DNA of 64,000 nt. It comes from Oscillatoriales cyanobacterium M59_W2019_021. GTDB lineage: Bacteria; Cyanobacteriota; Cyanobacteriia; Cyanobacteriales; Geitlerinemataceae. The notes beneath the pieces are model-generated. The model saw only the letters and a list, made by a program, of their open reading frames with translations, was not told the DNA's origin and did no database searches. Positions within the stretch are counted from its first letter, which is position 1; each line of letters begins with the position of its first letter. Below, piece after piece: positions 41,009-49,425 of this stretch. A program made the translations under genes and the position numbers. The stretch lies in assembly GCA_015295945.1 (NCBI GenBank), contig DVED01000179.1, positions 1,272-65,271 of the forward strand, given 5' to 3'.

Positions 41009-41064
41009 CAAAACGGATTTAAAGTTTTTACTTTTGAAAACATATCATTTTGGAGGTTGAAGTT

Positions 41065-41415
41065 ATGAGTTCCTATCGTTTCAATTGTGCTTTACAAGCG
41101 GGCAGTCGCACGTTAGATGGCGCAAGCGACAATGGCAACTATGATAGTCCCCCTAGCGCAACGCAGGCAATCGAAGTAGTTGAAAGGGTTAGAAAACTTG
41201 GAGAGAATGCTTTACCGAATGGAGCGCATGACGCTTTCAATAAGGCAATTGATGAAGTAATTTCGTGGTTGGAAGCACAAGCTGGAGTTGGCTATAGACC
41301 TAGCGGAAATTATGATATTACAGAGGCGAGAGCAAAATTTACTTACAAAGGAACTGAATATAGAGTTGATATAAAAGCTGGTGGAAAAACATCTGGAGAT
41401 TCTTGGTTTTTTTGA
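41065..41415 (+). CDS. hypothetical protein (116 aa)
   Basis: GGAGG at 41052-41056, 8 nt before the ATG at 41065. No recognisable motif. Confidence 0.5.
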   Translation: MSSYRFNCALQAGSRTLDGASDNGNYDSPPSATQAIEVVERVRKLGENALPNGAHDAFNKAIDEVISWLEAQAGVGYRPSGNYDITEARAKFTYKGTEYRVDIKAGGKTSGDSWFF

Positions 41416-41447
41416 ACTGTTTTACCATAAAAATTGGTACTAAATTA

Positions 41448-41484
41448 AAAGCGATCGCACCACCTAAATCAGTAGCGATCGCTT
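41448..41484. terminator. HIP1-based hairpin between convergent genes
   Basis: AAAGCGATCGC (41448-41458) / GCGATCGCTTT (41474-41484): 11-bp perfect stem with a 15-nt loop. Confidence 0.45.
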
Positions 41485-41499
41485 TCCTTTTCGATCTCA

Positions 41500-42030
41500 T
41501 CATATAGAAGCTTTACTCGCTTTCTTCAGTTTTCGCTCCTGCCATTCTTTCACAATTCTCTTACTCGCTTCAATTTTCTCGAAATTCACCTCCATTACAG
41601 CCGTTTTAAACTCCAAACCTAAAACACAGCAAATATCGACTAATTTCACAAAACTTACATCGGAATACCCTGTTTTTTCCCATTCCTGAATTTGCTGTTC
41701 GTCCAGATCTAGAATTTCAGCAAGTTCTTTTTGACTCATCTTGGCAGCCATTCGCGCTTTAATTAACGCATCTGTCAACTTCGTTAAATTTTCAACAACA
41801 ATTTTGATCGGCTGACTTTTGTCGCAACTCATCAATCTTTCATATTCAGAAATTTCAGATTCTAGCTGCTCTACATGACAGACCAAAGATCCCCGTCCCA
41901 TCTCCCATTTCAGATAATCCTTTTTTTGGGCTTCTTCATCTCGATCCATTGCAGCGATCGATCTTTTGAACTTTTCAACCCATTCTTTGCTATACTCATG
42001 CTGTGCTTCATTTTTAATCATGGCTTCCAC
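41500..42030 (-). CDS. XRE-family HTH protein, HigA-like antitoxin architecture
   Basis: Helical N-terminal region, then MSQKELAEILDLDEQQIQEWEKTGYSDVSFVKLVDICCVLG (HTH_3-like). Its start overlaps the upstream gene by 13 nt. Confidence 0.7.
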   Translation of the reverse strand: MEAMIKNEAQHEYSKEWVEKFKRSIAAMDRDEEAQKKDYLKWEMGRGSLVCHVEQLESEISEYERLMSCDKSQPIKIVVENLTKLTDALIKARMAAKMSQKELAEILDLDEQQIQEWEKTGYSDVSFVKLVDICCVLGLEFKTAVMEVNFEKIEASKRIVKEWQERKLKKASKASI

Positions 42031-42470
42031 CTCATTAAATCTATAGCAATTATTCCTTTCTTGTTTTGGTCTCTATCAGTTTGAAAGAAATCAAAAGAAT
42101 TGTCTCCATAGTTACCAACTGGTTCATCGGAAGGAAAAATCTCTCCTCGATACTTTGCTTTTTGAGCATTGCGGTTGTGACGATCGAACAATATGGGAGC
42201 GTTAACTTTAAGATATGCCATATCGACAGCATCCTGATCGTAACAAGCATCAAAATCATTCGGCTTTGTTTCGAGAGTCACAAAACTGCCATCAATGTAA
42301 ATCGTCCAACAACCTGCTGCTTTTAACTGAGTCATCGCTAACTTCAAGCCATCTATCAGATTCAGTCTCTTCACGGTTGTTCCAAATCTCTGGACAAACT
42401 CCTCCCACTCGCAAAAATGAACCCCTGGCGGCAGATTGCCATATTCGTCAAATTCTGGAATTTCACTCAC
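42018..42470 (-). CDS. small nucleotidyltransferase-fold-like protein (resembles DUF6932)
   Basis: YGNLPPGVH...WEEF N-terminus; IYIDGSFVTLETKPNDFDACYD fits a GS-x9-DxD minimal-NTase pattern; C-terminal GEIFP...FFQ.D...KGII. Confidence 0.6.
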   Translation of the reverse strand: MSEIPEFDEYGNLPPGVHFCEWEEFVQRFGTTVKRLNLIDGLKLAMTQLKAAGCWTIYIDGSFVTLETKPNDFDACYDQDAVDMAYLKVNAPILFDRHNRNAQKAKYRGEIFPSDEPVGNYGDNSFDFFQTDRDQNKKGIIAIDLMRWKP

Positions 42471-42599
42471 ACCCTAAATTCTCAGGCTAATCGATCGAAG
42501 TTTAAATTGTACCACGATCTTTATAGATTTGCTACAGCTACGATTGACAAATAAAAATAATGCTATACTAAAAAATATCTATTCATCAAAAACTTTCTT

Positions 42600-42965
42600 A
42601 TGACCTTAAAAGAACAACTCCTCCAAGCCATTGAAGCACTACCTAACACCAGGCTAGCTGAAGTCCTTACCTTCATACAATCTCTCTCTCCTCAATCTTC
42701 TATGACAACAGCTAAATCCTTTCTCGCTCACCTCAAAACAATTTATAATTAAATTAGTCAGGTGACGACTTTAAGACTGTCTAGAAGCTGTCCAAAACTC
42801 GCGGCTTGAGGCGCAATTTGATTACAGCTTCAACCCTTTCGAGTAATGTTTCTTCTCGACACCAACCATTGTAGCTATTGCTATTCTAGGCAATACTCAG
42901 ATACTCGATCGCCTTACAAGCCTGGGGGATGAAGCAATTTCAACCTATACTATAGTTATATCCAA
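42600..42965 (+). pseudogene. shattered VapB/VapC-like toxin-antitoxin remnant
   Basis: 42600-42752 encodes MTLKEQLLQAIEALPNTRLAEVLTFIQSL... (antitoxin-like, 50 aa). Frame-shifted ...DDFK..LEAQFDYSFNPFE follows. MFLLDTNHCS (ATG 42846) then shifts frame to IAILGNTQILDRLTSLGDEAISTYTIV and terminates. Confidence 0.45.
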
Positions 42966-43006
42966 TGAAACTAATAAGAGAAACACTCGTACTCGGACAA
43001 TAAATT

Positions 43007-43228
43007 ATGACGATCAATATAGAAATTTTTCAAATCCTTCTCAAAATGCCAGAATCTTTAAAAAAAGAGATCCTGCATTATGCTCAGCATTTACTGGAAA
43101 AACATAGCAAAACCGAATCCTCTCAAGAGCCACTCGATCAAGGTCGTGGTCATGGAAGTTGGGCGGGTCAGATCGTCATGTCTGATGATTTCGATCTGCC
43201 GCTTGAAGATCTCAATGAGTATATGTGA
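43007..43228 (+). CDS. DUF2281-family antitoxin-like protein
   Basis: LLKMPESLKKEILHYAQHLL and C-terminal GQIVMSDDFDLPLEDLNEYM. The stop lies 1 nt before the PIN ATG. Confidence 0.7.
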   Translation: MTINIEIFQILLKMPESLKKEILHYAQHLLEKHSKTESSQEPLDQGRGHGSWAGQIVMSDDFDLPLEDLNEYM

Positions 43229-43229
43229 T

Positions 43230-43613
43230 ATGGAGTACCTTTTAGATACTCATACCTTTCTTTGATATTTACTGGGTGATGCAAATCTAGGCAGGACAGC
43301 GAAAGAAGCGATCAATACTAAAACAGGTTTATACTTTAGTATTGCCAGCCTTTGGGAAATTTCCATTAAAGTCAATATCGGTAAGCTTCAACTGAATCGT
43401 CCCTTTGCAGACCTGTATGCGGAACTAAAATACCTGAATATTCGGCTTCTCCCTATTACAGTAGAAGACACTCAGTTGTATGCAAATCTTCCTTTACATC
43501 ATCGAGATCCTTTCGACCGCATTTTGGTCGTACAGGCGATGAATCATTCCCTGACCTTGATGAGTCGCGATGAGGCTTTTGATGCTTATCCCATTGGGCG
43601 AGTGTGGTGTTGA
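43230..43613 (+). pseudogene. PIN-domain (VapC-type) toxin gene with in-frame TGA at codon 12
   Basis: MEYLLDTHTFL, then TGA (43263-43265). The same frame continues YLLGDANLG...SLWEISIKVNIGKL...LHHRDPFDRILVVQA...RDEAFDAYP to TGA at 43611. A Trp (TGG) is expected at the stop position in this family. Confidence 0.8.
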
Positions 43614-43733
43614 TAAAACCCTATTTATCAAAGTGGGGTCTAATTCACCTGCCATCTACCCCCCACTCGGCAACACACCCGCTTTGATGGCACAATTTGA
43701 ATACAGTGCCGCATAGCAGATTCAACCTCGTCC

Positions 43734-46457
43734 ATGACCGAAACCCTTCCCCCCCAGTACGACCCCAAAGCCACCGAAGCTAAATGGCAGCACTACTGGG
43801 AAGACCGCCAAGTCTTCAAAGCCGACCCGAACCATCCCGGCGAACCGTACTGCATCGTCATTCCACCGCCGAATGTCACGGGTAGCTTGCACATGGGTCA
43901 CGCCTTTGACAACACCCTCATCGACGTACTGGTGCGCTATCATCGGATGACGGGACGCAACGCGCTGTATCTCCCCGGAACCGACCACGCCAGCATTGCC
44001 GTCCACGTCATGGTGGAACGGGAACTGAAAAAGGAAAACACCACCCGTTACGAGTTGGGACGGGAAAAATTCCTGGAACGTGCTTGGCAGTGGAAAGAAG
44101 CATCAAAAGATACTATCGTCACGCAACTGCGGCGTCTGGGAGTTTCCGTGGATTGGACGCGGGAACGGTTCACATTGGAAGAAGGATTATACAAGGCGGT
44201 AATGGAAGCCTTCGTTCGCCTCTACGAAGAAGGACTGATTTATCGCGGTGAATATTTGGTGAATTGGTGTCCGGAATCGCAATCGGCGGTGTCCGATTTG
44301 GAAGTGGATAACCAGGAAGTGGACGGTCATCTGTGGCATTTTCGCTATCCCCTCAGCGACGGTTCTGGATTTGTAGAAGTAGCGACGACGCGACCGGAAA
44401 CCATGTTGGGGGATACTGCCGTTGCCGTCAATCCCAACGATGTTCGCTACCAAAATATCGTCGGCAAAACCGTCACTTTACCGATTATGAATCGGGAAAT
44501 TCCCATTGTCGGTGACGAGTACGTGGATATGGAATTCGGTACCGGATGCGTGAAAGTGACCCCGGCACACGATCCCAACGACTTTGAAATCGGCAAGCGT
44601 CACAATTTGCCGTTTATCAACATCTTAAATAAAGATGGCACGCTGAATACAAATGCCGGGGAATTTGAAGGACAAGACCGATTTGTGGCGCGGAAAAACG
44701 TGGTGGCGAAACTGGAAGCGGACGGTTTCCTGGTGAAGGTGGAACCCTACAAACACAGCGTTCCTTACAGCGAACGGGGGAAAGTTCCCGTGGAACCGCT
44801 CCTGTCTACTCAATGGTACGTGAAAATTCGCCCGCTCGCCGATCGCGCTTTAGCCTGTTTGGATGACGAAAATTCGCCGCAGTTCTTCCCCTCTCGATGG
44901 AGTAAAGTGTATCGCGATTGGTTGGTACGCTTGCAGGATTGGTGCATTTCCCGGCAACTGTGGTGGGGACATCAAATCCCAGCATGGTACGCCGTCAGCG
45001 AAACGGGAGGCGAAATTACCGACCAGACGCCGTTTGTGGTGGCGCGAAACGACGAGGAAGCTCGAGAAAAGGCGGTGGCGCAATTCGGGGAGACGGTGGA
45101 ACTCCAGCGAGATCCCGATGTTTTGGATACGTGGTTTTCTTCGGGGTTGTGGCCCTTCTCGACCATGGGTTGGCCCCAAGAAACGCCGGATTTAGCAAAG
45201 TATTTTCCCGGTAGCGTGTTGGTGACGGGATTCGACATCATCTTTTTCTGGGTGGCGCGAATGACGATGATGGCGGGACATTTCACTGGAAAAATGCCGT
45301 TTAAAGATGTGTATATCCACGGGTTGCTGTTGGATGAAAAGGGACAGAAAATGTCCAAAACGAAGGGAAATGGCATCGATCCGTTGTTGTTGATGGATAA
45401 GTACGGGACGGATGCGCTACGGTATACTTTGGTGAAGGAAGTGGCGGGGGTTGGACAAGATATCCGCCTGGAATACGATCGCAAAAATAACACTTCTCCC
45501 TCGGTGGAAGCGTCGCGCAATTTTACCAACAAATTGTGGAATGCCGCCCGATTTGTGATGATGAATTTGGACGGGAAAACGCCGCAACAGTTGGGGGAGG
45601 CGAAATCGGAAAGTTTAGAATTGTGCGATCGCTGGATTCTGTCGCGTTATCACAAAACGGTCAAACAAACCCACGATTATATGCAAGCCTATGGCATGGG
45701 AGAAGCGGCAAAAGGGTTATACGAATTCTTCTGGGGAGATTTCTGCGATTGGTATATCGAATTGGTGAAATCTCGCTTGCAAGCCGATGCCGAGGCGAAT
45801 TCTAAACAAGTTGCCCGTCAAACCCTCGCTACCGTTTTGGAGGGAACCTTAAAATTACTTCATCCATTTTTACCCCACATTACCGAAGAAATTTGGCATA
45901 CTTTAACGCAGACGGGTGAGGAAGATTGTTTGGCACTCCAGCGCTATCCCCAACCGAATTCGGATTGTATCGATGCGGAGTTAGAAGCGGATTTCGAGTT
46001 GGTGATGGGTACGATTCGCACGTTACGGAACTTGCGATCGGAAGTAGAAATCAAGCCGGGGGCGAAGATTGCGGCAATTTTGCAAAGTGAGAGCGATCGC
46101 GAACGCCAAATCCTCGCCGACGGGCAATCCTATATCGAAACCCTCGCCAAAATCGAACCCCTGACGCTGACGCCAAAGTTAGACGCAGAACTGACGCAAA
46201 CCATTGCCGGAGTGGTGGGGACGGTACAGGTGTTAATTCCGTTGGCGGGGGTGATTGACGTTCCTGCGGTGCGAGGTAAAATCGAAAAAAGGCTGGCGAA
46301 AGTCGAAGCCGATATTAAAACTCTTTCTGGTCGCCTCAACAATCCCAATTTTGCCGATAAAGCTCCGGCGGACATCGTTCAAGGTGCGAAAACCTCGTTA
46401 GCCGAGGCGCAGAAACAAGCCGAAATCTTGCGCGATCGCCTCGAACAACTGCGGTAA
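43734..46457 (+). CDS. valS: valine--tRNA ligase
   Basis: HIGH region [22 protein letters not shown]-terminal coiled coil; 907 aa. Confidence 0.97.
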   Translation: MTETLPPQYDPKATEAKWQHYWEDRQVFKADPNHPGEPYCIVIPPPNVTGSLHMGHAFDNTLIDVLVRYHRMTGRNALYLPGTDHASIAVHVMVERELKKENTTRYELGREKFLERAWQWKEASKDTIVTQLRRLGVSVDWTRERFTLEEGLYKAVMEAFVRLYEEGLIYRGEYLVNWCPESQSAVSDLEVDNQEVDGHLWHFRYPLSDGSGFVEVATTRPETMLGDTAVAVNPNDVRYQNIVGKTVTLPIMNREIPIVGDEYVDMEFGTGCVKVTPAHDPNDFEIGKRHNLPFINILNKDGTLNTNAGEFEGQDRFVARKNVVAKLEADGFLVKVEPYKHSVPYSERGKVPVEPLLSTQWYVKIRPLADRALACLDDENSPQFFPSRWSKVYRDWLVRLQDWCISRQLWWGHQIPAWYAVSETGGEITDQTPFVVARNDEEAREKAVAQFGETVELQRDPDVLDTWFSSGLWPFSTMGWPQETPDLAKYFPGSVLVTGFDIIFFWVARMTMMAGHFTGKMPFKDVYIHGLLLDEKGQKMSKTKGNGIDPLLLMDKYGTDALRYTLVKEVAGVGQDIRLEYDRKNNTSPSVEASRNFTNKLWNAARFVMMNLDGKTPQQLGEAKSESLELCDRWILSRYHKTVKQTHDYMQAYGMGEAAKGLYEFFWGDFCDWYIELVKSRLQADAEANSKQVARQTLATVLEGTLKLLHPFLPHITEEIWHTLTQTGEEDCLALQRYPQPNSDCIDAELEADFELVMGTIRTLRNLRSEVEIKPGAKIAAILQSESDRERQILADGQSYIETLAKIEPLTLTPKLDAELTQTIAGVVGTVQVLIPLAGVIDVPAVRGKIEKRLAKVEADIKTLSGRLNNPNFADKAPADIVQGAKTSLAEAQKQAEILRDRLEQLR

Positions 46458-46482
46458 GCCATCATCTTGGAGAATCGTTCCC

Positions 46483-46941
46483 ATGCTGCATTTAGCTCAA
46501 GTGTCCAAAAAAGGTCTCCTGGGTAAGCCTAGCTTAAAGCTACTGGCACGCCAACGCCTGGAACATAGCTGGGCGATCGTCGAGCCCGAAGAGACGATCG
46601 AGGTTGCAGAAGCCAATGCCTACAACGATGGCGTTTTGGTGTTGGTGGATATTTCTACCAACCGCCAAATCCTCAGCATCCAGGAGGCAACCCATTGGGT
46701 GATGAAGCTGGTGAAGCAGTATTTGGTGGCGGGGATTACGCCGAATTTACTCAAGCAAGAAGGACAACGGGTGGAACAGTGGCGGCAATCTCTGACGCTT
46801 CAAAGTCAGGATTTGGCTCGCAGAACCGTGGAGTTGGAAACCCGGCGCGAGCAGATTCAGGCTTTAGAAGATAAGTTGAAACGAGAGAAACGGATGTTGC
46901 AATCGATTAAGGCACAGTTGGAGCGATCGAGAATGAAGTAA
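46483..46941 (+). CDS. hypothetical protein with C-terminal coiled coil
   Basis: 152-aa ORF 26 nt after valS; ...RRTVELETRREQIQALEDKLKREKRML. Confidence 0.55.
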   Translation: MLHLAQVSKKGLLGKPSLKLLARQRLEHSWAIVEPEETIEVAEANAYNDGVLVLVDISTNRQILSIQEATHWVMKLVKQYLVAGITPNLLKQEGQRVEQWRQSLTLQSQDLARRTVELETRREQIQALEDKLKREKRMLQSIKAQLERSRMK

Positions 46942-47051
46942 TCTGTCTGATGCGAATTCAATAATAGAGGAGGTTATTGGAGGGAGAACACCTAAATCAT
47001 CTCAAAATCGGTAATGTTTGAGACAATCTTCCCTGAACTTCGGGAGAATTT

Positions 47052-47579
47052 ATGAGTACCGAAATTTTCATCGATCGCGGCGATATTACCACTTTAAAAG
47101 TCGATGCGATCGTCAATGCTGCCAACGCATCTTTACTCGGAGGAAGTGGCGTTGATGGAGCCATTCATCGCGCTGCCGGACGAGAATTGCTGGCAGAATG
47201 TCGCACTTTGGGAGGGTGTTCGACGGGACAGGCAAAGATGACCCAAGGATACGCATTGCCTGCTAAATTTATCATTCATACCGTCGGACCGAGGTGGCGC
47301 GGGGGAACCCATGAAGAACCGAAATTATTAGCCTCTTGCTATACCTCGAGTTTGCAGTTAGCCGTCGCCAATGGCGTGAAATCGATCGCCTTTCCCGCCA
47401 TTAGTTGCGGGGTGTACGGCTATCCCATCGAACAAGCAGCGCGAGTGGCAATTTCTGCCACTCGCGAGTTTTTAAAATGCGACAATTCTTTGGAAAAAAT
47501 CATCTTTACCTGTTTCGACGATCGCGTCTACCGCGCGTATTTAGATGCCGAACGAACCGACGATCGAACTGACAGATAA
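47052..47579 (+). CDS. macro-domain protein (O-acetyl-ADP-ribose deacetylase/YmdB-like)
   Basis: [49 protein letters not shown]. Confidence 0.9.
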   Translation: MSTEIFIDRGDITTLKVDAIVNAANASLLGGSGVDGAIHRAAGRELLAECRTLGGCSTGQAKMTQGYALPAKFIIHTVGPRWRGGTHEEPKLLASCYTSSLQLAVANGVKSIAFPAISCGVYGYPIEQAARVAISATREFLKCDNSLEKIIFTCFDDRVYRAYLDAERTDDRTDR

Positions 47580-47647
47580 GTTAACGTCAGTACGGGATAA
47601 GATGGAAAATCTCCCCTGAAAGGGGAGTAACTAGAAACTTCCGTTAA

Positions 47648-47675
47648 TAGCTAACAGCTAATTGCTAACAGCTTT
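47648..47675. repeat. heptad array NNGCTAA x3-4
   Basis: TAGCTAA CAGCTAA TTGCTAA CAGCTTT, immediately upstream of the ATG at 47680. Confidence 0.55.
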
Positions 47676-47679
47676 TCTT

Positions 47680-49425
47680 ATGTTTATCGTGCGTCTGCAA
47701 ACTTTCTTGACGGCTGCCAATCCTAAGTCAAAATTTCCGCGCCAATTTTGGTTGGGTTTGAGTTTGGCATTTGCTGTTTTTTATGGGTGGCAAGTTCTAC
47801 AACAGGCATTTAGCAGCGAATATGTCGCGTCGGATGATGCCAGACAGCACGTTTTTTGGATGCAGCGATTTCTCGATCCCCAACTGTTTCCCAACGATTT
47901 AATTGCGGATTATTTTCAGTCGGTTGCGCCGATCGGCTTTTCTACATTTTACCACTTCTTTGCCACATTGGGAATCGAACCGTTGCTATTGAGCAAGATC
48001 TTACCGATAGTTTTAGGAATTGTAGCAACGGGTTACTGTTTTGCGCTGTGTTTGGAGATCTTCCCGGTTCCGGCGGCGGGATTTATCGCCTCGTTGTTGT
48101 TCCAGCAAAATTTGTGGATGTGGGATGATTTGGCTTCGGCAACGCCGCGAGCTTTTTTGCATCCAATTTTCTTGGCATTTTTGTATTATTTCGTTCGCAA
48201 GTCTTTAGTCCCGTGTTTAGTAGCGATCGCCCTTTTGGGTGGTTTCTATCCTCAATATGTTTTGGTGGCTTCTGGGGTTATCTTTCTATCGTTATTTAGC
48301 TGGGAAAAGGGTCGGATAAAATGGTGTGGCGGTCTCCGCGATTTGCGTTTTTATTTCAGTTGCTTAACAGTGGCTTTTCTAGTCATACTTGCCTACGCGC
48401 TAAAATCTTCCGAATTTGCTCCGACAATTACCGCCGCTGAAGCGAAACGGTTACCGGAATTTTTACCGGGTGGAAGGGCGAGATTTTTTGAAGAAGATTT
48501 CGGTCGGTTTTGGCTAACCGGGGAACGCAGCGGCATTCAACCCACCCTCGATCCGCCGCTTTTATGTGCGGGTTTGTTGTTACCTTTTATTTTGGGATTG
48601 GGGCGTTTTTTTCAAAGCGTTCGCTATATTAAACCGAGTATTCACGTATTGCGAAATCTCTTTATTTCGGGATTTTTCTGGTTTTTTACCGCTCATACGT
48701 TGCTCTTTAAGTTGCATCTTCCCGGACGGTATACCCATCATAGTTTAAGAGTGGTATTATCGATTTCGGCGGCGATCGCTTTAGTCGTCCTCTTCGATAC
48801 TCTATTGGAATGGGTGAAGTCGCGATCGTGCGGTTATCAATTGGGTAGTGTTTGCGTTCTTTTATTCACCTTTGGCTATCTCTTCGGATATCCTGCTTCT
48901 TTGAGCGATTATCCACGAACCAATTACGAACAAATCGGCAACTATCCAGAATTATATCAATTTTTTGAACGGCAACCGCAAGAGATTAAAATTGCTTCGC
49001 TGTCGGTCGAAGCCAGTAATATTCCTTTATTTTCCCATCGATCAATCCTTTCTGGATACGAATACGCCATTCCCTACCATTTGGGATACTACGATCAATT
49101 TCGAGAGCGAACGTTCGCAACGATCGAAGCTCAATATACACCCGATTTAGACAAACTAAAGCTGTTTATCCGCAAATATAGAGTTAATTTTTGGGTTCTC
49201 GACGATCGCGCGTTTGAAGTAGACTATTTAAAGGAGAATCCTTGGATCGGACAGTATCGATCGGATTTGGCGGATATCAAAAAAATCTTAAAACGGAAAA
49301 CTAAGGAGATTCCTGCTTTAGAGGCACTCACGCAACAGTGTACGAGCGATCGATTTGGTAATATCCTCATCGTTCCCTCCTCGTGTATCCTCAAAGCTGA
49401 CAAAGCTTATAATTTTTTGAAATGA
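47680..49425 (+). CDS. polytopic membrane protein of unknown function (possibly GT-C-like)
   Basis: At least 10 hydrophobic segments. ATG at 47680 is preferred because the TTG at 47662 lies inside the heptad repeat. The stop overlaps the next start (ATGA at 49422). Confidence 0.6.
   Translation: MFIVRLQTFLTAANPKSKFPRQFWLGLSLAFAVFYGWQVLQQAFSSEYVASDDARQHVFWMQRFLDPQLFPNDLIADYFQSVAPIGFSTFYHFFATLGIEPLLLSKILPIVLGIVATGYCFALCLEIFPVPAAGFIASLLFQQNLWMWDDLASATPRAFLHPIFLAFLYYFVRKSLVPCLVAIALLGGFYPQYVLVASGVIFLSLFSWEKGRIKWCGGLRDLRFYFSCLTVAFLVILAYALKSSEFAPTITAAEAKRLPEFLPGGRARFFEEDFGRFWLTGERSGIQPTLDPPLLCAGLLLPFILGLGRFFQSVRYIKPSIHVLRNLFISGFFWFFTAHTLLFKLHLPGRYTHHSLRVVLSISAAIALVVLFDTLLEWVKSRSCGYQLGSVCVLLFTFGYLFGYPASLSDYPRTNYEQIGNYPELYQFFERQPQEIKIASLSVEASNIPLFSHRSILSGYEYAIPYHLGYYDQFRERTFATIEAQYTPDLDKLKLFIRKYRVNFWVLDDRAFEVDYLKENPWIGQYRSDLADIKKILKRKTKEIPALEALTQQCTSDRFGNILIVPSSCILKADKAYNFLK

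Larger units (their letters stand above)
38766..43733. other. AT-richer accessory island between the valS duplicate and intact valS (no integrase or transposase seen)
   Basis: Visible compositional shift. The only two full HIP1 sites I saw are the two arms of the 41448-41484 hairpin. Gene content is STAND NTPase, unknown small genes, TA-like modules and toxin pseudogenes. Confidence 0.6.

Noticed and set aside
43263-43265. TGA in the PIN gene as selenocysteine or programmed read-through. The same was considered for the TAA at 28231-28233.
   Set aside because: The family has Trp at this position and no SECIS-like hairpin is evident just downstream. TAA is not a recoding codon, so simple nonsense mutation is more parsimonious. 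Sequencing error remains possible.
38766-43733. Integrase, transposase or tRNA attachment site for the island
   Set aside because: None of the ORFs shows tyrosine- or serine-recombinase or DDE motifs, and no tRNA is present. The island is therefore called only as an accessory island, not as a defined mobile element.
47611-47627. CTCCCCT-gaa-AGGGGAG hairpin after the macro-domain gene as a terminator
   Set aside because: The 7-bp stem has a 3-nt loop and is not followed by a T-run. This is insufficient for an intrinsic-terminator call.
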